From positions 4,128,035 to 4,192,034 of the forward strand of contig OZ244212.1 of the NCBI GenBank assembly GCA_965216695.1: a DNA stretch of 64,000 nt, read 5' to 3'. The notes under the pieces were generated by a model. The model did no database searches and was not told the DNA's origin. It saw only the letters and a list, made by a program, of their open reading frames with translations. The stretch's first letter is position 1. Every line of letters begins with the position of its first letter. The translations under genes and the position numbers were made by a program. This document shows positions 35,128-43,993 of the stretch, piece by piece. This stretch comes from Candidatus Azotimanducaceae bacterium (GTDB taxonomy: Bacteria; Pseudomonadota; Gammaproteobacteria; Pseudomonadales; Azotimanducaceae).

Positions 35128-36099
35128 TTAGTCCAGCGTGAACCCGGAGCAATCAGCCGCAACGTTCCCCGGCGCGTGGAGCAGGCTCTTTATTTCGTTG
35201 ACTGTATCCTGCACCACCGAGCGCAAACTGGTGTTTTCGGCGTGTGCGAGTGCCCTTTCTGCGGCGGCCAACGCCTGCTGCGGGCAATGTGACCGCTTCA
35301 GAGTTTCGGCGTAGTTATTCAGCGCGCCTACGTGATCGGAGTCTTGCGCAAGCACGCGGACGTACAACGCGGCTGCGTCTTTCAGTTCGGCCCTTTCCAA
35401 CGCCAGGTTGCCTGCGGCGAACAGCAGATCGGAATCGGTGTCCCAACGTTGTAGCCCGGCATTCAATGCAGCTTGAATCGCGTGCGTGTCAAACACTTCC
35501 ATGCTGCTTGCGAGGGTCTGAAGATAGCGGCCGGGCGTGCCGTCCGCCGGAAGTTCTCCGGGACGGAGTGCCACAACCGCCCACTGGCCCGCTAGGGACC
35601 ACGAGCGGAGGAACGCGCGCGTGGACTGCCGGAGTTCGCGCCGCCGTCCAGACCGCAGAACGACATCGTTGCGTTGTGCGTCATACCCGACTACTACCGC
35701 GTAGTGCCAGCGCGGCAGCCAATCAAACAGCAGATTCTGCAACACCAGCACCGGCCGACCGGCCTCGAGCTCGCGTATAAGCCCGGCCAGCTTGCCTTCC
35801 AGTTCGTGAGGGAGGTATCCGTGGCGCCGCGCTGCGGCTTTCAACTCTACCTGAAAGCTGCCACGGCGCTTCGGCACGTAGACCTGATCTGCGAGGGCAT
35901 CCGGCGTGATTTCGGTGCCGTGGTAACTCAAAACCGTTGCAAGTGCAGCGGGCCCACATTGAAATCTGGACTGGGGAAAGAACGGTACGTCGTTCAGCAG
36001 GATGGTCTGTGCGTCGGTCGGTGCATTGCCGTGGTGCGCGCAGCCGGCGATGGCGAGAAGCAGCACAAGGTGTGCTGCCACCCGCCCGCCATCGTGCAA
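35128..36099 (-). CDS. PA2778-family (C39-like) cysteine peptidase lipoprotein with C-terminal TPR
   Basis: Lipobox LLLAIAGC and peptidase motif FFPQSRFQCGPAALATVLSYHG, with TPR-like repeats at the C-terminus. TTG start 4 nt after the upstream stop (GTG 36081 is the alternative). Confidence 0.7.
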   Translation of the reverse strand: MHDGGRVAAHLVLLLAIAGCAHHGNAPTDAQTILLNDVPFFPQSRFQCGPAALATVLSYHGTEITPDALADQVYVPKRRGSFQVELKAAARRHGYLPHELEGKLAGLIRELEAGRPVLVLQNLLFDWLPRWHYAVVVGYDAQRNDVVLRSGRRRELRQSTRAFLRSWSLAGQWAVVALRPGELPADGTPGRYLQTLASSMEVFDTHAIQAALNAGLQRWDTDSDLLFAAGNLALERAELKDAAALYVRVLAQDSDHVGALNNYAETLKRSHCPQQALAAAERALAHAENTSLRSVVQDTVNEIKSLLHAPGNVAADCSGFTLD

Positions 36100-36103
36100 G
36101 GGA

Positions 36104-36475
36104 TCAGACCTTCGAGAAAACGTTGGTAACGCCGGTGAGGTCGAGAATCAGAAGCACAACGAAGACGATGCCGATTACCGCAAGCAGTGAGCCGCCCGAC
36201 GGCAATTCTTCCATCTGTTGTGCCATCAGCGCGAGGTCCGCGTCCGGCAATCCCTGGACGCGTGCCAAAGCGTCTTCCGGTTGCACACCTAATGCAACCA
36301 GATGTTTCTGCACGTCATCTCGCATCAGGGCTCCGGATACTGCGTCGAGGTTTGCCTGACGTTCTACGCTGGCCAGGTACTGTGGCGTGTCGATGACGCC
36401 CGCCTCAGCTGGGACGGCGACCGATACACAGAGCAGTGCGGCCAGACATACGTTCACGATCAGTTGTTTCGTCAT
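36104..36475 (-). CDS. PA2779-family small secreted/membrane protein
   Basis: AAGGAG SD. Signal MTKQLIVNVCLAALLCVSVAVPAEA, C-terminal TM LLAVIGIVFVVLLILDL. Placed immediately upstream of the PA2778-like peptidase, as in the named family pair. Confidence 0.6.
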   Translation of the reverse strand: MTKQLIVNVCLAALLCVSVAVPAEAGVIDTPQYLASVERQANLDAVSGALMRDDVQKHLVALGVQPEDALARVQGLPDADLALMAQQMEELPSGGSLLAVIGIVFVVLLILDLTGVTNVFSKV

Positions 36476-36748
36476 GCGCTTTGCGCTCCTTCGTTTGGCT
36501 GCACGTTGTGGCTGCACCTGGTGGCCGCGCCCGATCGGCGGTGTATTCAATTTCCGGTGCAGTATTGTGCGTGTTCGACCGATTCTAGGAAACCAGGGTT
36601 CCAAGGAGTGTGTCGCACCGCTCAGCGTCGGGGTCATCGGGTGTTTGCATCGGGAGATGTCACCGCGGGTACGCGCGCCGGGTGATTCACGTCACAGGCA
36701 CTGTCTTTTGGGTGAGCTACGCTGTTTGGGAGCGAAAGGATTGGCTCA

Positions 36749-37300
36749 ATGCGACACTATCTTTACAGTTCCATTCTGGTGATGTTGGCCGGCTGCGCCG
36801 CGGTCCCGTCGGATCGGGACTCGCGTGATACGCCCACAGACGCGTCCGTCGGCGGCGTCGAATCAGCGGTTTCGCACGTTGAAAGCCCGGTGGCGGATCG
36901 CGAACGCCCGCCGGTTTCGGAGCACGCGCAGGATCGCCATTGTCTCGCGCTGGCGATGTACTGGGAGGCACGCGGAGAAGGACGAACCGGGATGGTGGCC
37001 GTGGGTTCCGTGGTACGCAATCGCGTGCGCGACCCGCGATTTCCGGATGCAGTGTGCGACGTGGTGTATGAGGGTGGCGAAACACCCCCATGCCAGTTTT
37101 CCTGGTGGTGCGATGGTCGCAGTGACCGACCCACAGACGCTACTCAGTGGCGAAGGTCGCTCGAACTTGCGCGCGAGATGCTGACGACGTCCGTTGATGA
37201 TCCCACGCAAGGGGCGCTGTTCTTCCATAGCACCGCCATGGCATCACCATGGCGCCGGACGCGCACGGCCAAGATCGGTAACCATATTTTCTACCGCTAG
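36749..37300 (+). CDS. cell-wall hydrolase, SleB-like (Hydrolase_2) lipoprotein
   Basis: Lipobox VMLAGC, then CLALAMYWEARGEG...VGSVVRNRV...FPDAVCDVVY...CQFSWWCDG. Confidence 0.8.
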   Translation: MRHYLYSSILVMLAGCAAVPSDRDSRDTPTDASVGGVESAVSHVESPVADRERPPVSEHAQDRHCLALAMYWEARGEGRTGMVAVGSVVRNRVRDPRFPDAVCDVVYEGGETPPCQFSWWCDGRSDRPTDATQWRRSLELAREMLTTSVDDPTQGALFFHSTAMASPWRRTRTAKIGNHIFYR

Positions 37301-37316
37301 TTGGGTCGCGGCAGGT

Positions 37317-39113
37317 TCAAATCTCCAGGTAGTCGTCCAAGCTCGTGTCGGCGCTAGCGTCGTCGGGGGTTGTTGGCTCAGGAGCGGAGGCTTCTCGCGC
37401 CGCGGCAAGACCCAGCTCCGTGGCGATGAACGTGCGCGCTGCGCGCACCTGATTTGTGCCTTCGAAGCCTTCGCCCACGCGCACTTTGTTGCCGCTGCGA
37501 TCTACCGCGTCCAATGCGTAGTAAATCGTGTGCTTGCCGCCGGACTGGCTCTTGGAGGTTTCGGATTCTTTCAGTCGCGTAACGGTGTGGGCGGCGAGAT
37601 TCGACCTGCTGACAGGAAAACCCAGGAGTTTGCGCGTGGAGGTGATTCTGTCTCCTTCGCGGGCTACTTCCAAAGAGTTGAGCAGCATGTACAACCCGCC
37701 GAGTAGGACGAGCGATCCAACGAGCGCAAACACGCCTCCCAGAAACGTCTGATCTGCGTCGGCGATCACAAAGACGCCTATGCCGGCAAAGAGTGTGCCG
37801 ATAAGACTCATGATGACGCTGGTCGACAGCCGCCGACCCATCGGAAACACAATGGTCGTGCCGTGCGGCGACTTGTTAATCCGGACCGTGTCACGAATCG
37901 CCGCGTCGTCCATGTGGGACTGTTCGAAGCGCGCTGCATCCAGGGAAAGTCTTGCTAACGTGCGTGAACGCTTGCCGGTGGGATAGACCGGAATTTCGTA
38001 GTCTCGATCCAGATCTGTCCCGGTGAGTTCGGCCTCAATGTTTAGACGCCAGAAGTAGTAGGTATCGTTCGCCTGTTCTGCATCCGACCCAGAGAGGTGA
38101 TCCGGTACATCGAATCGGAAGCTGACACGCGTGCCTCTGCTCTGAAATTCGCTGTGTGCTACCTGGGATTCCTGCCATTCAGCAGACTGACTGCGGCTCT
38201 TGTTCTTGCCGGACCCGGATTGGTAGCTGCGAATACACGTTAACGTGACCGTGAAGCGTTGGTCTGCATCGTAGGGGAGATCGATGTCGATTGTGCCGGC
38301 TACGTCGCCGCCGATTGCGCCGGGGAAAGGGTCGAGCGTGAGCGGTGCTGGACCAAAGCGACGCCACTCCCGGGTTCTGCGAACGGCCCAAACGATCAAC
38401 CCTGCGCCAATCAATGGAAACAGCAGGCCGATCAGGGCCGGCCAATTCTGTTTGTCGACGATTTCACCGTATAGAAGGAAAGGCAGGGGCGCGGAGATCA
38501 GATTCCACAGGGCTGCAAATCCCCACGCAGCGTACATGGTGCCTCGGGAGTCCGACCGTATGGGATCACCTTGCCAGTTTTCATTCGCGAGCCAAGGTGA
38601 ATCCTGATAGGTTGGATCAGTCAGGTCTTTTGGCGCAGGCGCTTTGATGGCAACGATGATCAGCGCGAGTCCAACGCCGCCGAATGTCAGCAGGAAGATG
38701 GTCTTCAAGCCAAGCAACCCCCAGCGGAGAGAGCGGTCATAGATTGCGCTATCCGGATCGTTGGGGTCTACATACACCGTTACGTTCGCACCGGCCGCCA
38801 AGGCGCGTTGTAGCGATCGACCCACATGCTGCTGGTGGTCGCCGATGTTGTCCGCGCCGCCGGCAACGCCGACACGCGTGCCCACGAATGATCTGCCGCC
38901 GATCGTGTAGCGGTACTCGGCGTACGCTTCGTACGTGGTGGAATCGCTGTCCGAATGGGTGTGGTATCCGCCTTTTACGAGTTCCGCTTGCACCGGCTCC
39001 CAGCTGTTCATGCGCCAGGCATCGTGCAGGTTGCTGCCCACGGACCACGTCATCCACACACCCACGCCAAAAAACGGCAGGGCGAACAGGAGTAGGAAAA
39101 TTCTGCCTTTCAT
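37317..39113 (-). CDS. DUF3592-domain multi-pass membrane protein
   Basis: The N-terminal TM is followed by WEPVQAELVKGGYHTHSDSDSTTYEAYAEYRYTIGGRSFVGTRV, typical of DUF3592, plus several further TM segments. Confidence 0.7.
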   Translation of the reverse strand: MKGRIFLLLFALPFFGVGVWMTWSVGSNLHDAWRMNSWEPVQAELVKGGYHTHSDSDSTTYEAYAEYRYTIGGRSFVGTRVGVAGGADNIGDHQQHVGRSLQRALAAGANVTVYVDPNDPDSAIYDRSLRWGLLGLKTIFLLTFGGVGLALIIVAIKAPAPKDLTDPTYQDSPWLANENWQGDPIRSDSRGTMYAAWGFAALWNLISAPLPFLLYGEIVDKQNWPALIGLLFPLIGAGLIVWAVRRTREWRRFGPAPLTLDPFPGAIGGDVAGTIDIDLPYDADQRFTVTLTCIRSYQSGSGKNKSRSQSAEWQESQVAHSEFQSRGTRVSFRFDVPDHLSGSDAEQANDTYYFWRLNIEAELTGTDLDRDYEIPVYPTGKRSRTLARLSLDAARFEQSHMDDAAIRDTVRINKSPHGTTIVFPMGRRLSTSVIMSLIGTLFAGIGVFVIADADQTFLGGVFALVGSLVLLGGLYMLLNSLEVAREGDRITSTRKLLGFPVSRSNLAAHTVTRLKESETSKSQSGGKHTIYYALDAVDRSGNKVRVGEGFEGTNQVRAARTFIATELGLAAAREASAPEPTTPDDASADTSLDDYLEI

Positions 39114-39322
39114 CGAGGATCCAGAGTCGCAGCGCGAGAGGACACTATAGAACCGATCGGCTTAGATCTGCTGTGAGAACGGTCGCACGCGCTCCCGCGC
39201 ACTGCGGGAGCGGTGTTCGTGTTCGACAAACGCACAATGGTGCGGGTGGGAACGGGCAGGTATGGTGTGATCAACTGCATAGAATTGGGGCGGCGAAGCG
39301 GACGGTGATTCGGGGGGTAGAC

Positions 39323-40054
39323 ATGACAAAAGCCGGTTTGGGAACGGAATTGCTTGCTGCGCGACTGTTGGGTCTGGTCGTGCTTGCCGGGTTGGTGTCC
39401 TCGGTGACGTTGCCCCTCGCGGTAGCGCAGGAACCGGAGCATAGCAGCCAGCATGCGCGGGGTGGACAGGCCAACGCGCACATGAACCGGCGCGCGTTTT
39501 CGGACCTGGTGGCCGGCTTCGAGGCGCCGGAACGCGAAGCTTGGCAGAAGCCGGCGGACGTGTTGGCGCTGATTGGCGATGTGCGCGGCAAGACGGTGCT
39601 CGACATTGGCAGTGGCACGGGATACTTCAGTTTCCGGTTGGCGGATGCGGGAGCGAAGGTGATATGCGGCGACGTCGACGAACGCTTTCTGAACTACATC
39701 CAGCAGCGCATGGGTGAACGCAATGTTGACGATACAACGATGGAAACCCGTAAACTGCCTTACGATTCTCCGGCATTGGCGCCCGGCGAGGTGGACATAG
39801 CGCTAATCGTCAACACCTACCACCACATTGAGGATCGGGTTGCGTACTTCTCTGAAGTGCGAAGAGGACTCGCGCCGGGCGGCAAGCTTGTGGTGGTGGA
39901 CTTCCACAATGGCGAGCGTCCGATAGGCCCGCCCGCCGCCATGTCCCTTGCGGCGGATCAGGTGGCGGCGGAACTGGTACGCGCGGGCTATCTGTCATTG
40001 TCGGTGAACCATTCCTTGCTGCCTTATCAGTACATCATTCAGGCGACGCCGTGA
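39323..40054 (+). CDS. class I SAM-dependent methyltransferase with N-terminal signal/anchor
   Basis: Motif I VLDIGSGTGYFS, then GGKLVVVDF. Only the 3' third of the 456-aa track ORF is credible; the rest is antisense to the DUF3592 gene. Confidence 0.8.
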   Translation: MTKAGLGTELLAARLLGLVVLAGLVSSVTLPLAVAQEPEHSSQHARGGQANAHMNRRAFSDLVAGFEAPEREAWQKPADVLALIGDVRGKTVLDIGSGTGYFSFRLADAGAKVICGDVDERFLNYIQQRMGERNVDDTTMETRKLPYDSPALAPGEVDIALIVNTYHHIEDRVAYFSEVRRGLAPGGKLVVVDFHNGERPIGPPAAMSLAADQVAAELVRAGYLSLSVNHSLLPYQYIIQATP

Positions 40055-40127
40055 GTTGGGGTAGCAGCTGCATCGCAATCGCGTCGACCTCCGCGGTGTC
40101 GAAGCACAGGATCTGACCCGGTCTATC

Positions 40128-40700
40128 GTGTTGCAGCATGCAAACGTGCTCATTGTGCCGGGTTTGTTTTCGCCCCGGTGGCACATGCTGGGTATCCGTC
40201 ATGGGCTCAGGCGTCGCGGGTATCAGGCCGAGATCTGGGATGATGCGTCGGTGTTTGGAGACATTGATTGCTCCGTCGAACGCCTTTGCCGGCGTCTGGG
40301 TTCGTACTCGTCGGACGTACGCGTCGTGACCCACAGCTTCGGGGACTGGCTGTTTCGTCAGGCGTACGAAGCATGTCACCCTGCGGTTCCCGTGATGGTG
40401 TCGCTGGTCCCTGTGATGCGGCCGGTTATTGCCGCGCGATTGGTTGCGCCGCTTGGCAGGATTTTTCCGGAGATTGCCGTGATGGCGAATGCGGAGCGTG
40501 CGGCATCGGCGATTCACTTGCCCGCGGATCTCCAGCGTCTCGTTGTCTGGGCGCGCTTCGATCCCTGGACGCGGCGTGCGGACTTGAGCGGTACGGCTGG
40601 AACGCGCTGCACCGAGGTGCTCGGTACCCACAACAGTATTTTATGGCAGCCGTCAGTCTATGATCTGATCGCGTCTCACTTCGAACAACGCGACAGTTGA
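40128..40700 (+). CDS. alpha/beta-hydrolase-fold protein (lipase/esterase-like)
   Basis: VLIVPGLFSP...VVTHSFGDW (GxSxG-like nucleophile elbow). GTG start. Confidence 0.5.
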   Translation: MLQHANVLIVPGLFSPRWHMLGIRHGLRRRGYQAEIWDDASVFGDIDCSVERLCRRLGSYSSDVRVVTHSFGDWLFRQAYEACHPAVPVMVSLVPVMRPVIAARLVAPLGRIFPEIAVMANAERAASAIHLPADLQRLVVWARFDPWTRRADLSGTAGTRCTEVLGTHNSILWQPSVYDLIASHFEQRDS

Positions 40701-40708
40701 ACGTTAAG

Positions 40709-41923
40709 TTACGGGCTGTCGGTTTCGCTTGCCTGCTGTAGTGTGTCGTCGGGTAGTTCTTTAACCTGTGGGTGTCTGCGTCTGCGGGTGCGCGCAGGGA
40801 CCATCGCGCGCATCGATTCGAGCTTGCCGAAACACAGCAGTTTGTCTTCCGGTTCCAGCACCCTCGAAGATTTGGGATTGGGTATAACCTTGTTGTCGCG
40901 GTACAACGTCAGAACGTTTACGTCCTTCTCCATCAGATCTACGTCTTTGATCGTGCGGCCAACGAAATTGGATCCGTCCGGAATATAGATCTCGCCAACG
41001 CCGTAGCCTTTGGAGACCGTGAGGCGTTGACGGATGTCGATCTCCGGAAAGTCCACCTGGGCGGCGATGTAGTCGATAATGGCGCCCGCAACGTCCAGGT
41101 GGGTCGCCTGCTCGATGCCTTCGAGGCCGGGGGACGAGTTGACCTCCATAATCTGGGGGCCTGTCGTACTTTCCAGCATGTCGACGCCGGCGACCCGCAA
41201 CCCGAGGATTTGCGCGGCCTTCACCGCGGCCTGTTCGAATTCTGCGTCCAGGTCGATGGGCTCGGCCACGCCGCCACGGTGTACGTTGCTCCTAAATTCC
41301 TGACCCTGAGCGACTCGACGCATCGCCGCAACAACGTGCTCGCCAACCACCAGGGCGCGCACGTCACGGCCGCGGCTTTCCGCAACGAACTTCTGGATCA
41401 GCACGTTCTGCCGCTGACTCTGCAGTAGCTCAATGATCGACTCGGCAGCTTTCGTGGTCTCTGCAAGCAGTACGCCGATCCCCTGCGTGCCTTCGATCAG
41501 TTTTATGATCACCGGAGCGCCGCCTACGCGCTCGATGGCTGGCAGTACGTCTTTTTTGTCGCGCACGAAGGTGGTTTCGGGAATGCCGATGCCGTGACGG
41601 CTAAGAATCTGCAGACTGCGCAGTTTGTCGCGTGAGTTGATGATGCCGTGCGCTGTGTTCGCACAGAAGACATCCATTTCCTGGAACTGCCGAACGACCG
41701 CCGTGCCGTAGTACGTGATCGATGCTCCGATGCGCGGCAGCACCGCGTCGTAATCGGACAGCTGCTTCTGCCGGAAGTACAGGTCGGGCGATCCTGCTTT
41801 CAGATCGATCGCGAATTTCAGCGTGTCCAGCACCTTCGCGTTGATGCCCCGTTCCTCGGCCGCCTCTTTGAGTCGGCGTGTGCTGTACGCTCTCAACGAT
41901 CTGGACAGTATCGCGAGTTTCAT
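40709..41923 (-). CDS. rimK: RimK-type alpha-L-glutamate ligase (ATP-grasp) fused to a C-terminal TrkA_C/RCK_C domain
   Basis: MKLAILSRSLRAYSTRRLKEAAEERG... is collinear with RimK. The extra ~90 aa read GSNFVGRTIKDVDLMEKDVNVLTLYRDNKVIPNPKSSRVLEPEDKLLCFG, a TrkA_C pattern. Confidence 0.85.
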   Translation of the reverse strand: MKLAILSRSLRAYSTRRLKEAAEERGINAKVLDTLKFAIDLKAGSPDLYFRQKQLSDYDAVLPRIGASITYYGTAVVRQFQEMDVFCANTAHGIINSRDKLRSLQILSRHGIGIPETTFVRDKKDVLPAIERVGGAPVIIKLIEGTQGIGVLLAETTKAAESIIELLQSQRQNVLIQKFVAESRGRDVRALVVGEHVVAAMRRVAQGQEFRSNVHRGGVAEPIDLDAEFEQAAVKAAQILGLRVAGVDMLESTTGPQIMEVNSSPGLEGIEQATHLDVAGAIIDYIAAQVDFPEIDIRQRLTVSKGYGVGEIYIPDGSNFVGRTIKDVDLMEKDVNVLTLYRDNKVIPNPKSSRVLEPEDKLLCFGKLESMRAMVPARTRRRRHPQVKELPDDTLQQASETDSP

Positions 41924-42044
41924 GATGCCCCCATCGGCTTGTCGTCGGACACTATACCTACGGTACCGGATCGGCGTCTTCGGCTCGATTGACGACACGC
42001 GGCACCGGATCGTAACGTGAACTCGACTTGGGGAGAAGGCTGCG

Positions 42045-42884
42045 ATGAGATACGCAATCAAGACCGCGCCGCAGAACACGTCGTGGCCGGACATGTTGAG
42101 TGTCTGGCAGGCGGCCGACGGGATGCCGGTCTTCGAATCCGCCTGGAACTTCGATCACTTCTATCCGATCAACGTGCCGGACACGACCGGGCCCTGTATG
42201 GAAGCCTGGACCACGCTTACTGCGCTTGCCCAGGCGACTGAGCGCATCCGCGTGGGTTGCATGGTTAGCGGTGTCGTCTACCGGCATCCGGCGGTACTCG
42301 CCAACATGATTGCGTCGCTCGATGTCATCTCCGGCGGCCGGCTGGAGATTGGCATTGGTGCTGGTTGGAGTGAGGAGGAATGCGACGCGTACGGCATCGA
42401 CCTGGGATCGATGACGGAGCGCTTTGACCGGTTCGACGAAGCTTGCGCGGTCATTGACTCGCTGCTCACGAACGAGGTCACCAACTTTCATGGCCACTAC
42501 TTCAGGTTGAGCGACGCGCGGTGCAACCCGCCGCCGGTGCAGTCACCGCGGCCGCGGTTGTGTATCGGCGGCAACGGCGAGAGAAGGACGTTTCCCAACG
42601 TCGTCCGGTATGCCGAACACTGGAACTATGCCGGCTTCGACGTGGAGGGGTTCACTCTGAAACGCGATGCATTGGCATTGCAATGCGAGGCGTTCGGACG
42701 CGATCCTGCGGAAATCATGACGAGCGTGCATCAGCCAGTACGCTACGATGCACTCGCGGACGTTGAGTCGTCTGTTCGCGCGTTCAAGGCAGCGGGCCTC
42801 GATCTGTTGGTATTCTATATGCCGCCCCCTCACAATCCGCAGCAGCTTGTGCCGCTGGCGGACATCGCGGAGCGGGTGGGCTGA
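42045..42884 (+). CDS. LLM-class (luciferase-like) F420/flavin-dependent oxidoreductase
   Basis: The length and the motifs RIRVGCMVSGVVYRHPAVLANMIASLDVISGGRLEIGIGAGW are typical of this family. Confidence 0.8.
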   Translation: MRYAIKTAPQNTSWPDMLSVWQAADGMPVFESAWNFDHFYPINVPDTTGPCMEAWTTLTALAQATERIRVGCMVSGVVYRHPAVLANMIASLDVISGGRLEIGIGAGWSEEECDAYGIDLGSMTERFDRFDEACAVIDSLLTNEVTNFHGHYFRLSDARCNPPPVQSPRPRLCIGGNGERRTFPNVVRYAEHWNYAGFDVEGFTLKRDALALQCEAFGRDPAEIMTSVHQPVRYDALADVESSVRAFKAAGLDLLVFYMPPPHNPQQLVPLADIAERVG

Positions 42885-42888
42885 TCGA

Positions 42889-43989
42889 TCAGACGTTCTT
42901 TTCGCGGAGTCCGGCTTCTTCCAGGCGCGGTTTGAGCAGACGTTGGTAGTTGTGCAGTCCGTCGTCGTAGTTCACCCAGGTGAGCGTGGTGCCGTCGAGT
43001 CCGGCTTCGCTTAGCGCGAGCAGTCCTTCGGCCACCTGGTCGGGCGTGCCGACGAGGGGCAGTGCGCCGTAGCCCGCGATCATGTTGGCGGCCATTGCCT
43101 CCCACTGTTCGCCCAGCACGCTTTGCGAGTTGCCGATGAGCATGTCGAGAAGATTGCGAACGCCTTCCCAATCGCCGTGTTCGTGCACGTATCGGTCGCG
43201 CTCGGCCTTTGCCTGCGCTTCTGTTTCGCAACAGACGATATAGACCTGGCCGTACACTTCGATCCGCCGATCCGCCACCCTTGCTTTGGATTTTACGAAA
43301 TGCGCGGCTTCACCCGCCGCCTAAAGGTCCGGCGCGACCACGAAACTCAGGTCGGCGTTGGTCGCTGCAAACTCGATGCCTCGCGGACTGTTCCCTGCGC
43401 TCATGATTACCGGTTGTGTCTGCAGCGGTGAGGGATCGGAGTACGCGTTCGCACAGTCGAAGTATGTGCCTTTGTAGTCGAAACTGTCGTCCGCGTTCCA
43501 AAGTGCACGGATCAGCGCGAGCCAATCTTCAGCAACGTCGTAGCGGGTATCGTGGGCCAGCTGTTGCACGCCGAACATGCCGATTTCGGTTGCGTTCCAG
43601 CCCGCGACAATGTTGAGGCAGAAGCGCCCGTTGGCAATGTGGTCAACGGTGGCAAACTCCTTGGCGACCCGTACCGGGTGCACAGTGGGGACATGGCAGG
43701 TGGCGAACAGTGCGATCCGCTCCGTGATCGCCGCGAGTCCGGCAGCCCAAGTGAACGGTTCGAAGCTGCGGTGATTGAAGTTGGTGACGCCACCCATACC
43801 GCGCCAGCGTGCTACGGGAACGAGTGCGTCGATGCCTGCATGTTCCGCCGCCAGCGCGATGCGCTTTGTCTCCGCCCAGTTCACCTCAATGGTGCCGGGT
43901 ACGCTCGTCATTGCACAGCCGCCGCTGACGTTGACGCCGAACACAGCCAGCTTCAAGCGGTGCGGACTGTTGCGCAACGGATTCAGCAT
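42889..43989 (-). pseudogene. LLM-class flavin-dependent monooxygenase interrupted by one in-frame TAG (codon at 43321-43323)
   Basis: ORFs 43321..43989 and 42889..43278 are in the same frame. Read-through gives ...SFVVAPDL*AAGEAAHFVKSKARVADRRIEVYGQVYIV..., a normal ~366-aa LLM protein. Confidence 0.6.
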
Positions 43990-43993
43990 TGAG

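Noticed and set aside
38684-39322. N-terminal 213 codons of the 456-aa ORF 38684..40054
   Set aside because: This part overlaps the DUF3592 gene antisense and is Arg/Cys-rich. The methyltransferase proper starts at ATG 39323 with a hydrophobic leader.
43321-43323. TAG as pyrrolysine or programmed recoding
   Set aside because: No pyl genes or recoding signals are visible, and TAG is used as an ordinary stop elsewhere in the window (e.g. 3029-3031, 47998 region genes). A nonsense mutation or sequence error is more parsimonious.
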